From Octopus vulgaris (taxonomy: Eukaryota): DNA of 64,000 bases. A program made the position numbers and the translations under genes. The notes beneath the pieces are model-generated. The model saw only the letters and a list, made by a program, of their open reading frames with translations. It made no database searches and was not told where the DNA came from. This document shows positions 1 through 12,862 of this stretch, piece after piece; positions within the stretch are counted from its first letter, which is position 1, and each line of letters opens with the position of its first letter. The stretch spans positions 101,928,001 through 101,992,000 of the forward strand of contig OX597823.1 in the NCBI GenBank assembly GCA_951406725.2. The letters are read 5' to 3'.

Positions 1-175
1 TCCTGGGTGGCCTTCCTTCTGCTGCAATTGTTTGGCGTTGAGTAACAAACTTTGCTTTCCATGTCAACATAAGGAGGCTTTGCGACTGAGAGATGTTAAA
101 TGTTCCAAAGTCAATATGTATTGATGATTAATATAATACTGATAATATTTCTAATAATTAATATTCAGATAGACT

Positions 176-390
176 AAGACGGCGAACTGGCTGAATCGTT
201 AGCACCCCAGGAGAAATGCTTAGCGGCATTTCGTCTGTATTTACGTCCCGAGTTCAAATTCTGTTGCAGTCGACTTTGCATTTCATCCTTTCTGGTCGAT
301 AAAATAAGTTCCAGTTGAACACTGGGATCTATATAATCGACTTATCCCCAACCCCGAAATTCTTGGCCTTGTGCCAAAATTAAAAACCAA
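176..390 (+). mobile_element. tRNA-derived SINE, family A
   Basis: Head ctggctgaatcgttagc...gagttcaaatt (B-box-like) plus conserved body tttcatcctttc..ggtcgataaaataagt; many copies in the window. Confidence 0.8.
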
Positions 391-1085
391 TAATTAATAT
401 TTAGATAATCAATATAAAATACTTAAATGACTATTTGTATATTAATACATTTCCTCTTAATTATTTCATTAAGGCCATATTTCCGAAACTGTTACGTTGT
501 CGCTCTTCCAATAATCGCAGGGGATTTCAACAGCACTGCCCATAAGTGGCAACAACAAAAAAAAAAAGAAGAGGAATAACAGGAAGTCGGATGAGTAGTA
601 GGGTGGGATGCTATGATGCAAGTATATTATCCAAAGCTATACTTCAGTTGTTTCAAGTTGCTACGGTTGAGTCACACTCCTTTCTCTGAACATTGCTCGC
701 TAAAATTAGCAAGGCTAAAATGATGAGGTGATTTCGAACTTCCATGGTAGCCTTGATATGGAGGGCTGATATAATGGCGTTGAGTAACATACGGCAACAG
801 CGTGTTGCACCAGTTAGCCTTCATGGTCTCTCAAACAAACAGTCAGAGCCAGCTTTATTTTTGTCATGATCTGTACCGCAAGCAAATTTCCTTCTCTATC
901 GACATTGCAATAAAATTAGTAAATAAGGAATGGAACCATTTCCTTTTAAATAAGGAAAGAATAATATAGTCCTGACAGAAAGCGATGGTCAAATTTGGAA
1001 TGCTTTTGATTATAGGTTTACACAAATATGTCTGTATGTATGTAAATGTATGTATGCATCTATATATATATTATCTGTATATGTG

Positions 1086-1144
<59 letters not shown>

Positions 1145-1161
1145 ATACATACATACATATA

Positions 1162-1206
<45 letters not shown>

Positions 1207-1297
1207 TACCATACACACCTTATGTTTAAAATTAACTCTGTTACTAATTCTAAAAATAATTGAAAGAATAAAAGAGACTCATGCCTTGGTTACGTAC

Positions 1298-1466
1298 AAT
1301 TTCTTTAACTCCGGGAGTTCCTTTCTTGATCAACTCACGAAATTCATTGGTGTACTTCTCCACACTTTCATCCTCTCGGCTCAGTTTCGTATTCTTTGTC
1401 TTTACTTTCGCATATTCATAGGCGCAATCAGCGATGAATAAAGGGAATTTTGAAATATGCATGTAT
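1298..1466 (-). CDS. Second coding exon of the TPPP/p25-alpha-like gene
   Basis: Acceptor ctctcttttgcAG (1468-1467). The phase matches exon 1 (CA|A=Gln) and gives QYMHISKFPLFIADCAYEYAKVKTKNTKLSREDESVEKYTNEFRELIKKGTPGVKEI, alignable by eye to the p25 middle helix ending ...LI.G..P...GV. Donor GTACGT at 1297-1292. The C-terminal exon was not found in the window. Confidence 0.72.
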
Positions 1467-2750
1467 CTGCAAAAGAGAGGCGAAAGGAAAATGAATATGT
1501 AAGAGACATTACATTATGACAGCCTTTGCTTGTCCTCAGGGGCACTATTTTCTTTATTATATATATATTATATACGGTACAAAGTATAAAAAATATACGA
1601 GAGCGAGGTAAAAGAAAAAATAGGGTGTATCAGATTGATGCTCAGGAAAATTGAAAATAGTTTTTAATGTTTTGAGGAGAGAAAAAACAAAGAGAAAAGA
1701 ACAAGCATGTCTCAGTTAGACTGTCGCCGCATGTTGAAATGACCGGATGTGGAAGAAGCAGGCTAGGGGTGTGGATGGCAAGAGAGACAGCCTTCCTGGA
1801 TCTTATTGTGCACTCTTGTTAGCATATATTATATGGCATCACTGTATCACAGTATTACAGTATTGGCCAGGCCATCAGATGTTGTTACACACCGCTGGTC
1901 ACAATGCGTTTCTAGTACTGTCTTGTTTGCGCCATTCTTTTCCATCTTGACCTAAACTGCTTGACCAAATCGTTTTCCCAACGTCGTGAAGGCCTTCCAA
2001 CCAACCTTTTCTAACCTCCTGGATTATCTTTTATACACCGCTCTCATTCTGTCTGTCTATGTGTCTGTGTCCCTCTCTCCCTCCCTCTCTCTCACGCACA
2101 CACACTCACTCTCACGCACACACAAATATATAATGGTGTGTACATTTATGTTTAACACACTCCATAGCAGTAGAATGAGTAAGACATTCGTTGCAGGGGC
2201 TTTGGCTGTGTGTGCAAAAACACCTCAAACCAGGTTGCAATGACGTCAATCGGTCAGTCAGACGCGGGTTTCGGCATGATTTTGCCTCTTCACTGACAGA
2301 TACTGTTCCTGTCGTTCTTAGCGCTGTCCGAATTCCTGTTCCTATATGTAAAATCAGGCATTTATTGATATGCACTGAGTTTTTATTAAGATGTAATTAA
2401 TTTATCATGGGTACACGAAGTAGCTACGCTCAGAATAAAGGTGTTTACTTATATAAATTACAACTTGGCATAGACTCAATCACAGCAGCAGATACAGAAA
2501 TAGCAGCACCGATGAGTGTATGAACGACAAAAACAATGCATGTTAATTAAAGGGTGAAATCATGCCGGAAAATGTGTGCCCGACAGTTCACTTCATTCAG
2601 ATCTCGGTTTGATGTGTTATTACACACGTCTATAAGGAGAAATCGTATTCCGAGACAAGAGGCTCGCATCGAATATCTTCCACGTACAGAAGTACATGTA
2701 AATGTACAGTTATTTTGACTGTCACTGCTCCATGTGTTTATAATAAAATC

Positions 2751-2830
<80 letters not shown>

Positions 2831-3006
2831 AAAAAAAGATACGTAGAATTCAAAGGTGTATATGAAGACTCCAAGTTTTATATTGCAAAAGAAACAAGTC
2901 GTGTTTCACAATCACAGCATACGTGGTCTATTCCTCGCTACCACCCACGAACGGACCACACGTAATAATGTTTACTATGTATGAATGGATGAAAGTATTT
3001 ACTCAC

Positions 3007-3248
3007 TGTTTCCCCTTTTCTTTGTATTTTGGAAAGACACAGGCGTCAGCAATGGTTTGCACTTCCTTCGGTAGTGTCTTACGAACAAGCTTCCCGCAGG
3101 CTTTGCAGTTCATTTGCTTTAGTTCGTCAGGTGTCAATTTTTTGCCAACTGACGAAACACGAACAAATTCCTTAAATACTTTATTCACTTCGGCATTTTC
3201 GTCTGGTTTTTTCTCCTCGGGAGAAACTGGAGATTCTTTGGTCGCCAT
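3007..3248 (-). CDS. First coding exon of a TPPP/p25-alpha (tubulin polymerization-promoting protein)-like gene
   Basis: MATKESPVSPEEKKPDENAEVNKVFKEFVRVSS...KQMNCKACGKLVRK...ADACVFPKYKEKGK resembles the p25-alpha N-terminal pattern (F..F....M..K...KL...D..F.K.K.K). Acceptor taacctttcAG lies just upstream (exon starts 3261). ATG context is aaacATGG. Phase-2 donor CA|GTGAGT at 3006-3001. Confidence 0.78.
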
Positions 3249-4135
3249 GTTTTGTCTTTATCTGAAAGGTTAAAATAAATAAATATTGAGGTCAAAATAT
3301 AAAATAACAAATGTATATATTTTTAAATATAAAACAGAACTAAAGCTTGTTTCGTAACATAAAAAAAAGAATCTGCTGGCTTATATATATATAAGATTTT
3401 GACCCAAGCAAAGATGTCGATTTACAAAATTTTTAAAGGTAGAATATCACAGACCAGAGGGGAAAAAGACAACGATAGTGGGTTCTAAAGAGAGGTTCGT
3501 GGAAAGAAACTAATAGAATTAAAAAAAAACAACTTAGGACTAACAAAGTTGAACAGAAAAAGTATGCACCCGGGAAGAGAAGCGGGTGACACATTTGACC
3601 GTCTTGACAGAAGACACTAGACCAGAAATATGTGAGTGTTATGTACCCCCAATGTTTTTTAGTTCAAATCCCTCTGAAGTTAACGTTGCAATTCTTTGAT
3701 ACGAGAGAGATTACAAAAGAAGCGTCCTTAAGTTAACATTGCCTATCATGCAACACATCGATTCGTTCATAGCCGTCATACTCTCTGGTCTCTGTGGACT
3801 GTTTCTGTTGCATGCAAATTAAGAAATGGTTGTTCGTTCTCAATTCAACTATTTCTCATTCCTTGAACAAAAAGGATACTCTGAGTTGCTCCTCATGACA
3901 CTTCTCATGGTGCATTGTAGTCGATTCTGAGATAGAGAGAGAAAAGAGAGGGAGAAGAGTCACTCTCGTTATTCGATCGATGCTATATTTATCGACCCCA
4001 GTTTTACGAAAGTCAAAGTAAACCTTGGTGAGGTTTGAAATCAGAAAGAGCAAAGAAATGCAGCTACTATTGCAATCCATTTGTCCGGCGCTATAACAAT
4101 TCTGTCAATCGCCCAATCTGCCACCACCACCATCG

Positions 4136-4175
<40 letters not shown>

Positions 4176-4904
4176 GTCTTCTCTCATCTGCTTTCAGCGG
4201 GTTAAATATGCATCACTGTTATGCTGCCTGTGGTTATCAAATCCCACTATGTCCGACCAGCCACTATAGAAAAGACCGGAATTCAGATTACAAAGAGTTA
4301 GAACAAAAGTCTGGCACTCTAATGATTGCACTAATTCATCGCCTTAGACTGGTACTTTATTTATTGGGCCAACACCCTAATTCTACCAATTTGCTACCCT
4401 GCCACTAATATCCTGGAGAAACAGTCAAGCAAATATATCACGCCCGTAAAAATGTATGGGCTTATTTATGCCAATGTTAGAAATATTTGGCACACGGCTA
4501 CATGCCTGTCACTACTTTTAGTTGGTATGGAACAGAATATAATAGTCACTTTAATTAAGTCCAGTATTTGAATTGAAACTTATTTTATTGACGCTTTGGA
4601 CTGAGGAAATCAAATGTGAAACTGATGTCGAGATTTGTTCTTAAGCGGTCACAACCATACACGTAAAGGTGAATACCATGAACATATCTGCAGTTCTAAT
4701 GCTTAGTAGATCACGCAGTCTAGTAGAAATGGTAACCAAATTACCTTCAAATCACATCTCTCAGTCTAAAACAAAGTCACATCAGATAATGTGAAAAGAC
4801 AAAATGATCACGGCTGAAATGTCTCTGATCATGTCAAACGATATTTGACATGGGTTTATACAACCACAACCTCCTTTCATCATTTAAAAAAAAATAGTAA
4901 AGAA

Positions 4905-5053
4905 GTGGTTAAGAAGGTTATATCATCGGGTTCAGTCTCACGGCGTGGCACCTTGGGCAAATACCTTCTCCCGACCTTGTGAGTGGATTTAGTAATTTAG
5001 TAGACGGAAACTCTGTGGAACCCCGTCGTACACATACATACATACATACATAG

Positions 5054-5111
<58 letters not shown>

Positions 5112-5335
5112 TTGTGTGTGTCTTTGAGTCTGTGTTTTTGTCCCACTGCTTCACAACTGGTGTTGGTTTGTTTACGTCTCCGTGACTTATCGGTTACGAT
5201 AGAATAAGAGACCGATAGAATAAGTATCAGACTTTAAAAAAAAAAGTACTTGGACCGATTTGTTAGACTAAAACCCTTCAAAGCAGTGCCCCAGCATGGC
5301 CGCAATCCAATGACTGAAACAAGTAAAAGATAACC
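4905..5335 (+). mobile_element. CORE-type SINE (family C) with internal microsatellite and LINE-like 3' tail
   Basis: gggttcagtc...gtggcaccttgggcaa (CORE-like) and tail gcagtgccccagcatggccgca...tgactgaaac shared with the CR1-like 3' end at 60889-61130. Confidence 0.7.
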
Positions 5336-6055
5336 GATAAAACAAAACGCTGTTTGGTTTTCGTATTAATTCCCCCAATTCCTTGGAAAAGTTTATTGTT
5401 TCTTGACTAACACATTTCAGCTTTCGAAATAAAAAAAAAACATCGATTTGTTAGACTATTTGTGGGCAGTAAAATTGCTTAAATCGACTTGTTATATCGA
5501 ACCCAGAGAAGTGGAAGAGTAATTCGATCCTTTTTCGATTTCAATTCAGAATGTAGAACGCTACATACGTTCACGTGGAACATTGAATACGAGCATCGGC
5601 AATGCATTTTTTTTTCTTTACTTTCGTTTTCATACACAAAGCCAAATTTTGGAAGTTAGGATAAATATATCAAGTGGTTCGACTGCAGCAATTAGGTTAA
5701 CGGGCATAGAATTATCAGAAGCAAAGTTTCCTCATTCAAACGGTAGAACCATCTCTCTTTAAGAAGCATGATCTTTTATATTTTGATTTCTTTTTTAACT
5801 GCATTTTTACCGAAGCAGACAATCACTCATTTCTTCAGACTTTATATATATATGAGATGCAGCACGGACTTTGTCAGTGAACAGGTCGCGGATTTTAGCG
5901 ACGAAAATATTTTGACAAATTAAACTTAAATGTTGGAGTGAATCGAACGGCTTTTGTGTGTTTCTTAAATGGCTTATAAACCTTCCACGCTGCAATTGTT
6001 TTCGTTTCAGCACACGATCTCAGATCAAATTACTTGCTATGCGAGTACATCTCCG

Positions 6056-6114
<59 letters not shown>

Positions 6115-6299
6115 CATATATATATCGTACCTGTCGAGATTTAAGGCCAGTTATAGACTTTCATCCTTCCTTATTTACATCATTAGATTTTACGAACGAC
6201 CCCACGTGACTTCCTCGACAATCACTATGTGCTTGTCAGAAATTTCGTAAAATTCCTTGAGATGCTTCTTGGGGGAGAGACAGACAGACAGACAGTCAG

Positions 6300-6935
6300 T
6301 ATTTGCCTTGTGTTTTATCGACACCGAAAAGATGAATTGCAAAGTTGACCTCAGCTGGATTTGAACTCAGACAGCAAGACCTGGAGCAAATATGGTATGG
6401 TATTGTACAGACCGCTCTAACGATTCTACCAATCTACTATCATTAGACTTTCGATGAGAAACGATAGTCGAAAGGCAGAAAATCGTCAGAATCGCTGAAT
6501 TTGTGCCTAAATCAGGAAAAAAAAACTTGTTTCTGGTGTAGACATGAGGTTAGCAGTTTTGAGGGGAGTAGCTAGTTGACTCGCTGACCACAGTATTTGA
6601 TTAGTACTTTATTTTATCGATCACGAAAAGATGAAATGCAAATTTGACCTCGGCGGAGTTTGAAATCACTACGCGAAAGCCGGAACAAATATGACAAAGC
6701 AGCCTTTACACTTCTGACGTGTGACAAAACTTTATCATTCTTTCTAATTTTGGTACAATTTTGATGGGAGAAGGAAGCCGATTACATCGACTCCAGTGCT
6801 TGACTAATACTTATTTTGTCGACCCTGAGAGGATGAAAGGCAAAGCTGACCTCGGCGGAATTTGAACACAGGACATAAAGAGTCAAAGGAAATGCCACTA
6901 AGTATTTTGTCCGGCATGCCAACGATTCTGCCAGC
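6300..6935 (-). mobile_element. Three degenerate family-A SINE copies
   Basis: Repeated reverse complement of the family-A body (tttatcgac...gatgaa..gcaaag.tgacctc.gcgga.tttgaac). Confidence 0.7.
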
Positions 6936-7679
6936 TAGATAATCCATGGCCTTTAGTAGTGAAGCGTATGTTCGAGCTTGCACCCACCGACAGCCCTTTC
7001 TGTCGCTGCCTATAACAATAAAGGGAACATATTTATTTTGCATAACATTTAATGTTTCATGATCGGACGTCACGGTTTAGTTCGAAATGACTGATACAAA
7101 TTAACAAAGACACAAAGAAGCAGTAGTGGTAGTGATGATAATGATGTTATATGAACGGCATCACCAGCCGCCAGCATTCTACCTTGATATCGACCTGTAC
7201 CTCCTACCTTGACAAGGTCTTTCATCGACAGCATTTTTAATGAATTCAAATCGATATTCACCACAATGACACAAGATGTCGCTAATGAGTTTCCTTGTTT
7301 CAATCTTTCCTATTGAAAATTCGGTCGACAACAGCAGATCAGATCAATCCACTCGTTCGTTACTATGGAGACTACATGGTACACAAAAGATGACTTCTTC
7401 TTTAACCATAATCAGAATCGTGCGAATGACTGACAGAACAAATAGACAAATGATCTTTAATAATGTCCCTACACTGCACTAGGTGTTACTGAAAGCGGCA
7501 CTGCAGCATGGGGAGTAAGTTGGCAGAGCGTATGTGGGTACGAATGTGCGCATGACTTTATATATGAGCATGTATGTGTGTGTGTACGGACATGTATGTA
7601 TGCACGTTTGTATATAAATATATATATATATTGTACAATAAAATAAACGATGGACAGATACTTGCAAAAGACATCAAAT

Positions 7680-8073
7680 CTCTCTATGTATAAAGCTGAA
7701 GTTGTCTGTGTATGGCAGGTTTGGAAGCCTTCAACTAACACTATCTCCTCCGAGACCCTGCGGTGCAAGTTGACCAAAATTGAGAGTATGATAGAAGAAG
7801 GCTTGCTCTTCCTTCCGTAGAAGAAAAAAATTCAAATCGGACCATGTCAACACCAAAAATTATTTACTTCAAAAAGGTGCTTCTTTGCTATGAAAATCCC
7901 CATTTCTTACGATTTTTTGACTGCTGTGTCGACATTTTTTGGTGTATTTCAATCAGAAAAATGTTCACTTAAAGTAAATAACAAGCTACATAATGCAAAA
8001 TTTTTACTTTTCAAAAATTCTAATTCTAAAGGGTCGAAACAAACCCGAGCAACGCCGGGCGACACTGCTAGTC
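7680..8073 (-). mobile_element. Non-autonomous Helitron/Helentron-like element
   Basis: 5' end actagcagtgtcgcccggcgttgctcggg is near-identical to the element start at 19041; 3' end acagacaac...tttatacatagagagat. Confidence 0.5.
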
Positions 8074-8330
8074 ATTTATAAAATGATGAGTATAAAAATA
8101 TATGAAATGAGTAGAGAAACTGGAAAACCAAGAGAACGAAAATCCATAGTAATTCTTTATAAATAAATTTATATCCTGAAAGTTCTCTCTCCAATGATAC
8201 AGATAAAAGAAGAGATAATCCAAGTAAACCTTCGTAATGGTTCATCCAGGATAGGTAGGTAAAAATCTTTGGAGTTACTGCTCGAAGCTCTCAAATAAGA
8301 AAATGAATAATTATATATATATACATATAC

Positions 8331-8456
8331 AACCACATGGTTCTGGGTTCAGTCTCACTGCGAGGAACCTTGGGCAAGTTTCATCAAGTATTGCCTCGGG
8401 CCGACCAAAGCCTTGTGAGTGGATTTAGTAGACGGAAACTCTAGAAGCTTGTCGTG
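8331..8456 (+). mobile_element. CORE-type SINE (family C), 5' part
   Basis: ccacatggttctgggttcagtc...ccttgggcaagt...gccgaccaaagccttgtgagtggattt. Confidence 0.7.
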
Positions 8457-8485
8457 TGTGTATATATATATGTATATATATATAT

Positions 8486-8530
<45 letters not shown>

Positions 8531-8558
8531 GTATATATATATATACACACACGACAAG

Positions 8559-8857
8559 CTGTCCGGGCGCTTGCCGTCCCTGTGGTCGACGCCAACAAGT
8601 TCCAGTTGTGATTGGAATCCGTCGGCGTTGAGACATCATCTAATAGACAAGTCATTAACATGAATTATCTGAATAATGTCTATCGTCAAAGCTGTGATAT
8701 TTTCCATCAAAAGTTCTGACTCAGCCCGAGTTCACCTGAGGCTAAAACATAATAACTACCCTGCTGCAGCCCCCACCGCCATAACCAGCAACAGCAGCAG
8801 CAGCAGCAACAGCAACAACACAATTTCATTAAAAACGAGTATAAATTCATTCATAGG

Positions 8858-8911
<54 letters not shown>

Positions 8912-9310
8912 TGTCTACATGCAGTATATATGCATAATATATTCTGTTTACAGCACACATACACACATGCACACACATATAATCTGTGTCTGAGAGATTT
9001 AATTGTTCCAGCCTATGAATGAATTTATACTCGTTTTTAATGAAATTGTGTTGTTGCTGTTGCTGCTGCTGCTGCTGTTGCTGGTTATGGCGGTGGGGGC
9101 TGCAGCAGGGTAGTTATTATGTTTTAGCCTCAGGTGAACTCGGGCTGAGTCAGAACTTTTGATGGAAAATATCACAGCTTTGACGATAGACATTATTCAG
9201 ATAATTCATGTTAATGACTTGTCTATTAGATGATGTCTCAACGCCGACGGATTCCTATCACAACTGGAACTTGTTGGCGTCGACCACAGGGACGGCAAGC
9301 GCCCGGACAG
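8559..9310. repeat. Inverted repeat, ~300-bp arms (8559-8859 / 9010-9310), ~150-bp spacer
   Basis: Arms are near-exact reverse complements (about 1 mismatch seen); this explains the twin ORFs 8676+ and 9193- starting MSIVKAVIFS. Confidence 0.95.
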
Positions 9311-10221
9311 ATTGATCCTCTTCCTGTTAGTCGTTCATTTGGGACGCTATATGCAAAACATTCACCAGTGCTGGCTTTTCTATTTTGATCATAATCCAGA
9401 GAGCTGGTGCCAGCGACGCAGAGGAGCAGAAGATGACTAATTTCAATCGTTAACGCACAAATTCCCCACTGGTGCGAACTTTGAGGTTCTCAGGTTACGC
9501 ACTGCTGCTGCTGCTGCACTCCTTCGTCGAATTGAAGTGTAGTCCTCTTATATACAAGTTAGAGTGGCCGACACAATGGTTGCCTCTGGCTATTCTTTGC
9601 GGCGACACTTTTGATATCCTACTCTCGGCGGACTGTTTGTTTCAATGTCGGATAACATATATACATAAGAACACATACATTATAAATATAATCTGTAAGC
9701 GGAACAGTAAGCATATTCAAGACTTTTCTCACATTCAAAATACAACAATTGATTTTGTTATCTACGTTACATCGATGAAGCTTTGTATCTATGATAGGGG
9801 CCAGTTCCTTCGTTACATGAAGACTTCAGATAATTAAAAACAGACGAGAACATAGAAGCAAATTTATGGAGAGAAGTATAATCAATGATATTGACCTCAG
9901 TACTTGACTGAATCGATCCCAGGATGAAAACCAAATCTAACGTTGGCCCGATTTGAACTCGGGTACATATAAAGACTTTACTACATGGCGCAATCTATTT
10001 TGGCCACTATTAAACCAATTCTGCCAACTACCGACCTGATACAATTGTATAAATATTAAGATAGAAACCTAAATGGCTTTTGAATTTATGCTGTTGGCAT
10101 CTCAACTTCTACAGGGTTATTGAAACTCAGTGAGGATGGATGGATGTGTGTGTCTCATCTATTTATGTGTGTATATATATGTATGACAACGTAGCGTATG
10201 TGTTGCTGTTGCTGGTACTGT

Positions 10222-10590
10222 TGCTGTTGAGCGAACGGTCTTCGTCCCAAAGCTCGCAAGATGGAAGAAGTTCGAAACGTTGGCCTTTGCTATTCGTAAG
10301 ACCCGCATAAGAGAAAGCAGATCAACCCCCGACACCGATAGCATCGACGGATGGATGAATGCGCATCCAGGCTCAGCGGCTACGTAGGAAGTCGAGGACA
10401 AGAAACAGGAAGAAAGAGTGAGAGAAAGTTGGAGCGAAGGAGTACAGCAGGGGTCACCACCCCACCCCCTGCCGGAGCCTCGTGGAGCTTTAGGTGTTTT
10501 CTCTCAATAAACACACACAACGCCCGGTCTGGGAATCGAAACCACGATCCTCCGACCGCGAGTCCGCTGCCGTAACCATTGCGCCTCCAC
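10222..10590 (-). mobile_element. tRNA-derived SINE, family B
   Basis: Reverse complement of ggaggcgcaatgg...gcagcggactcgcggtcggaggatcgtggtttcgattcccagaccgggcg; same family as 14153, 28692, 36380, 51930. Confidence 0.8.
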
Positions 10591-11209
10591 TTGCTGTTGC
10601 AGGTCAGCTCTGTTTTTTAAAAAAGGACATTCTAGTCGTAACCACCCCGTCGTTTTTTTTAGATGCATAGTGTATCAAGGGCTACATTATCTGATATGTC
10701 TTTCCTATTTTCTAAAGATGTTTGAAATGGTTTCAGGAATTTTTGCGGTGCTAATTTTAGCACATTAGGCGATCATACAGACGATTATTATTGCTGTTGT
10801 TTAACACCGCATGATTAATCCTGATTGAGCAAGCTGATGCCAAAGTCACTTCATTACACCCCATCACCGCCGCCACTATAACACCCTACTACCACCGCTA
10901 TCCCTGCCGCCATGTCGCTTCTACTGCGACCACAACCACCATCAACAAACCTTTACTAGTACAGCTCAGTAGCTAGCAAGGTGGAGGAGACGCGATAGGA
11001 TGATGAGGTGGGGGTGCGGTCCTCTCTGGGTGACGCTTTTATGGTTCTGTCTCTGTAGAGGGCGGGGCGGGGTATGGACGGCAATGTCAAGAGTTGCTCC
11101 GGGGCGGCGCCGGCGACTCTGCTGTCCTCTGATCACCACTACAACCACTAACTCCACCGCCACTATCATCTCGGTCATATCACTACTCCTACCGCATTTA
11201 GCTCCTCAT

Positions 11210-11252
<43 letters not shown>

Positions 11253-11699
11253 CATCATTGCCACCACATCAACCTAACCCCTGTTGCAATTATCAGATCA
11301 CCACTATCGTACCACCAGCACAACCACTGCAGCCGCTGCAGCTGCCACCATCATCGCAGCCGTCGCCGCCGCCGCTGCTGGCAACAATAACTCCCGCTCC
11401 TCCTTGAATCAATGGCATTTTGTTTCATCAATGCCTTCTATTTGATTCTATTATTTCAGATATTTTGACAAGAAATTATATACTAATTGCATTTTTAATA
11501 CGGCACAAGGATGCTTTTCTTTCACCCCCACCTTCTCCTCCTTCTTCTCCTTCACGCTTTTTCGTCTTGACGAAGTGTTGGAGGAAAATGAAGAGAGTTA
11601 TAGTGAACTGACTTTAACCTTGGTACATTAATTCTAATACTTATTCATGAACCTGAAAGGATGATAATGTTACATACAAGTATCTGCAAGATTTCACAA

Positions 11700-11855
11700 G
11701 GCGTGGGTGTGTAGTAAGAAGCTTGCTTCCCAGTCACATGGTTCCAGGTTCAGTCCCACTGCGTGGAAACTTGGGCAAGTGTCTTCTACTATGGCCACGG
11801 ACCGACCAAAACCTTGTGAGTGAATTTAGTAGACGAAAACTGAAAGAGACTTGTC

Positions 11856-11858
<3 letters not shown>
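11700..11858 (+). mobile_element. CORE-type SINE (family C)
   Basis: gtgtgtagtaagaagcttgcttcccagtcacatggttccaggttcagtccc...cttgggcaagtgtcttctact. Confidence 0.75.
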
Positions 11859-11931
<73 letters not shown>

Positions 11932-12806
11932 GTGAGCTTAAGAGCAAGAATATAGATTTTAATTCACTTTGGAAAATACTTACTTCTGCACCAGCGTATA
12001 ATAATAGAACTAGAAAATGCTCTTTATGCATCAATGAAATTTTTTTTATTATCAAAGCTAATCTACCTATTATGAATAATCTTAAGGAGCGTAATGTATC
12101 TTGCCTTCATAGGCTAGCGTATACTTTCTCTAGATTTAAATAGCACTTAGTTTTAAATCAGTAACTTTAAATGACCTAAATAGATGTTATAGACTTATTA
12201 CTGTTTTTATCTAGGAATACTAATTCTGCCATAAATCTTGGGCATTCTGATTTATATTTCTGTGTATAAGCGTTTTGTTTTGTTTTGTTTATGAATATAT
12301 CTGTATATTTTGATATATATATATATTAGCCACATCGAATTTTCTACTGGTCTCGCACGTATACGTACACCATATCATATGCATTTAGTTTGGGACTTTG
12401 GTGTATTGATCTGTACTTAGTTTGGGTCTATACTAAACACATGGTGTTCACCTTTAGATGCGTACGTGTGTATACATACACATGGGGGTATATGTAAGTG
12501 TGTACGTATATCTATTTTTCATGTAGGTCTTTCTATGAATCCACTTGGTGGTCTTCAATATTAAGTTCTTTTTATGTATATTTGTACTTTTTTATTTCTG
12601 TACTTTTTTATTTATTGGCACTTGATAATTTATAATTTATAATTTATTATAACATATATATATGTGTACATTTGTGTATGTGTATGCACGAATGTATGTG
12701 TATGTGCATGTGTAGGCGTGCATGTATATCTGTACTTATGATTGTGCATGTATGTATGTCTGCGTATGTTTGTATGTATATATGTATATATATGTTTGTA
12801 TGTGTG

Positions 12807-12862
<56 letters not shown>

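Noticed and set aside
1-86. Possible third TPPP exon after ctcAG on the minus strand
   Set aside because: Neither compatible frame shows the expected RLTD/TGSH/RFD motifs, and the polypyrimidine tract is weak.
600-880. Faint integrase-like peptide on the minus strand (KIKLALTVCLRDH..W...LPYV) and a 15-mer (tggcgttgagtaaca) shared with 33-47
   Set aside because: Requires frameshifts and shows no catalytic motif; too weak to call.
8676-9193. Twin ORFs MSIVKAVIFSIKSS on opposite strands
   Set aside because: A consequence of the inverted duplication; low complexity and no recognisable domain.
11000-11407. 135-aa ORF with poly-Leu/Pro and nearby GC boxes
   Set aside because: Built from (CTA)n/(CCA)n/(CCG)n repeats; no splice or domain support.
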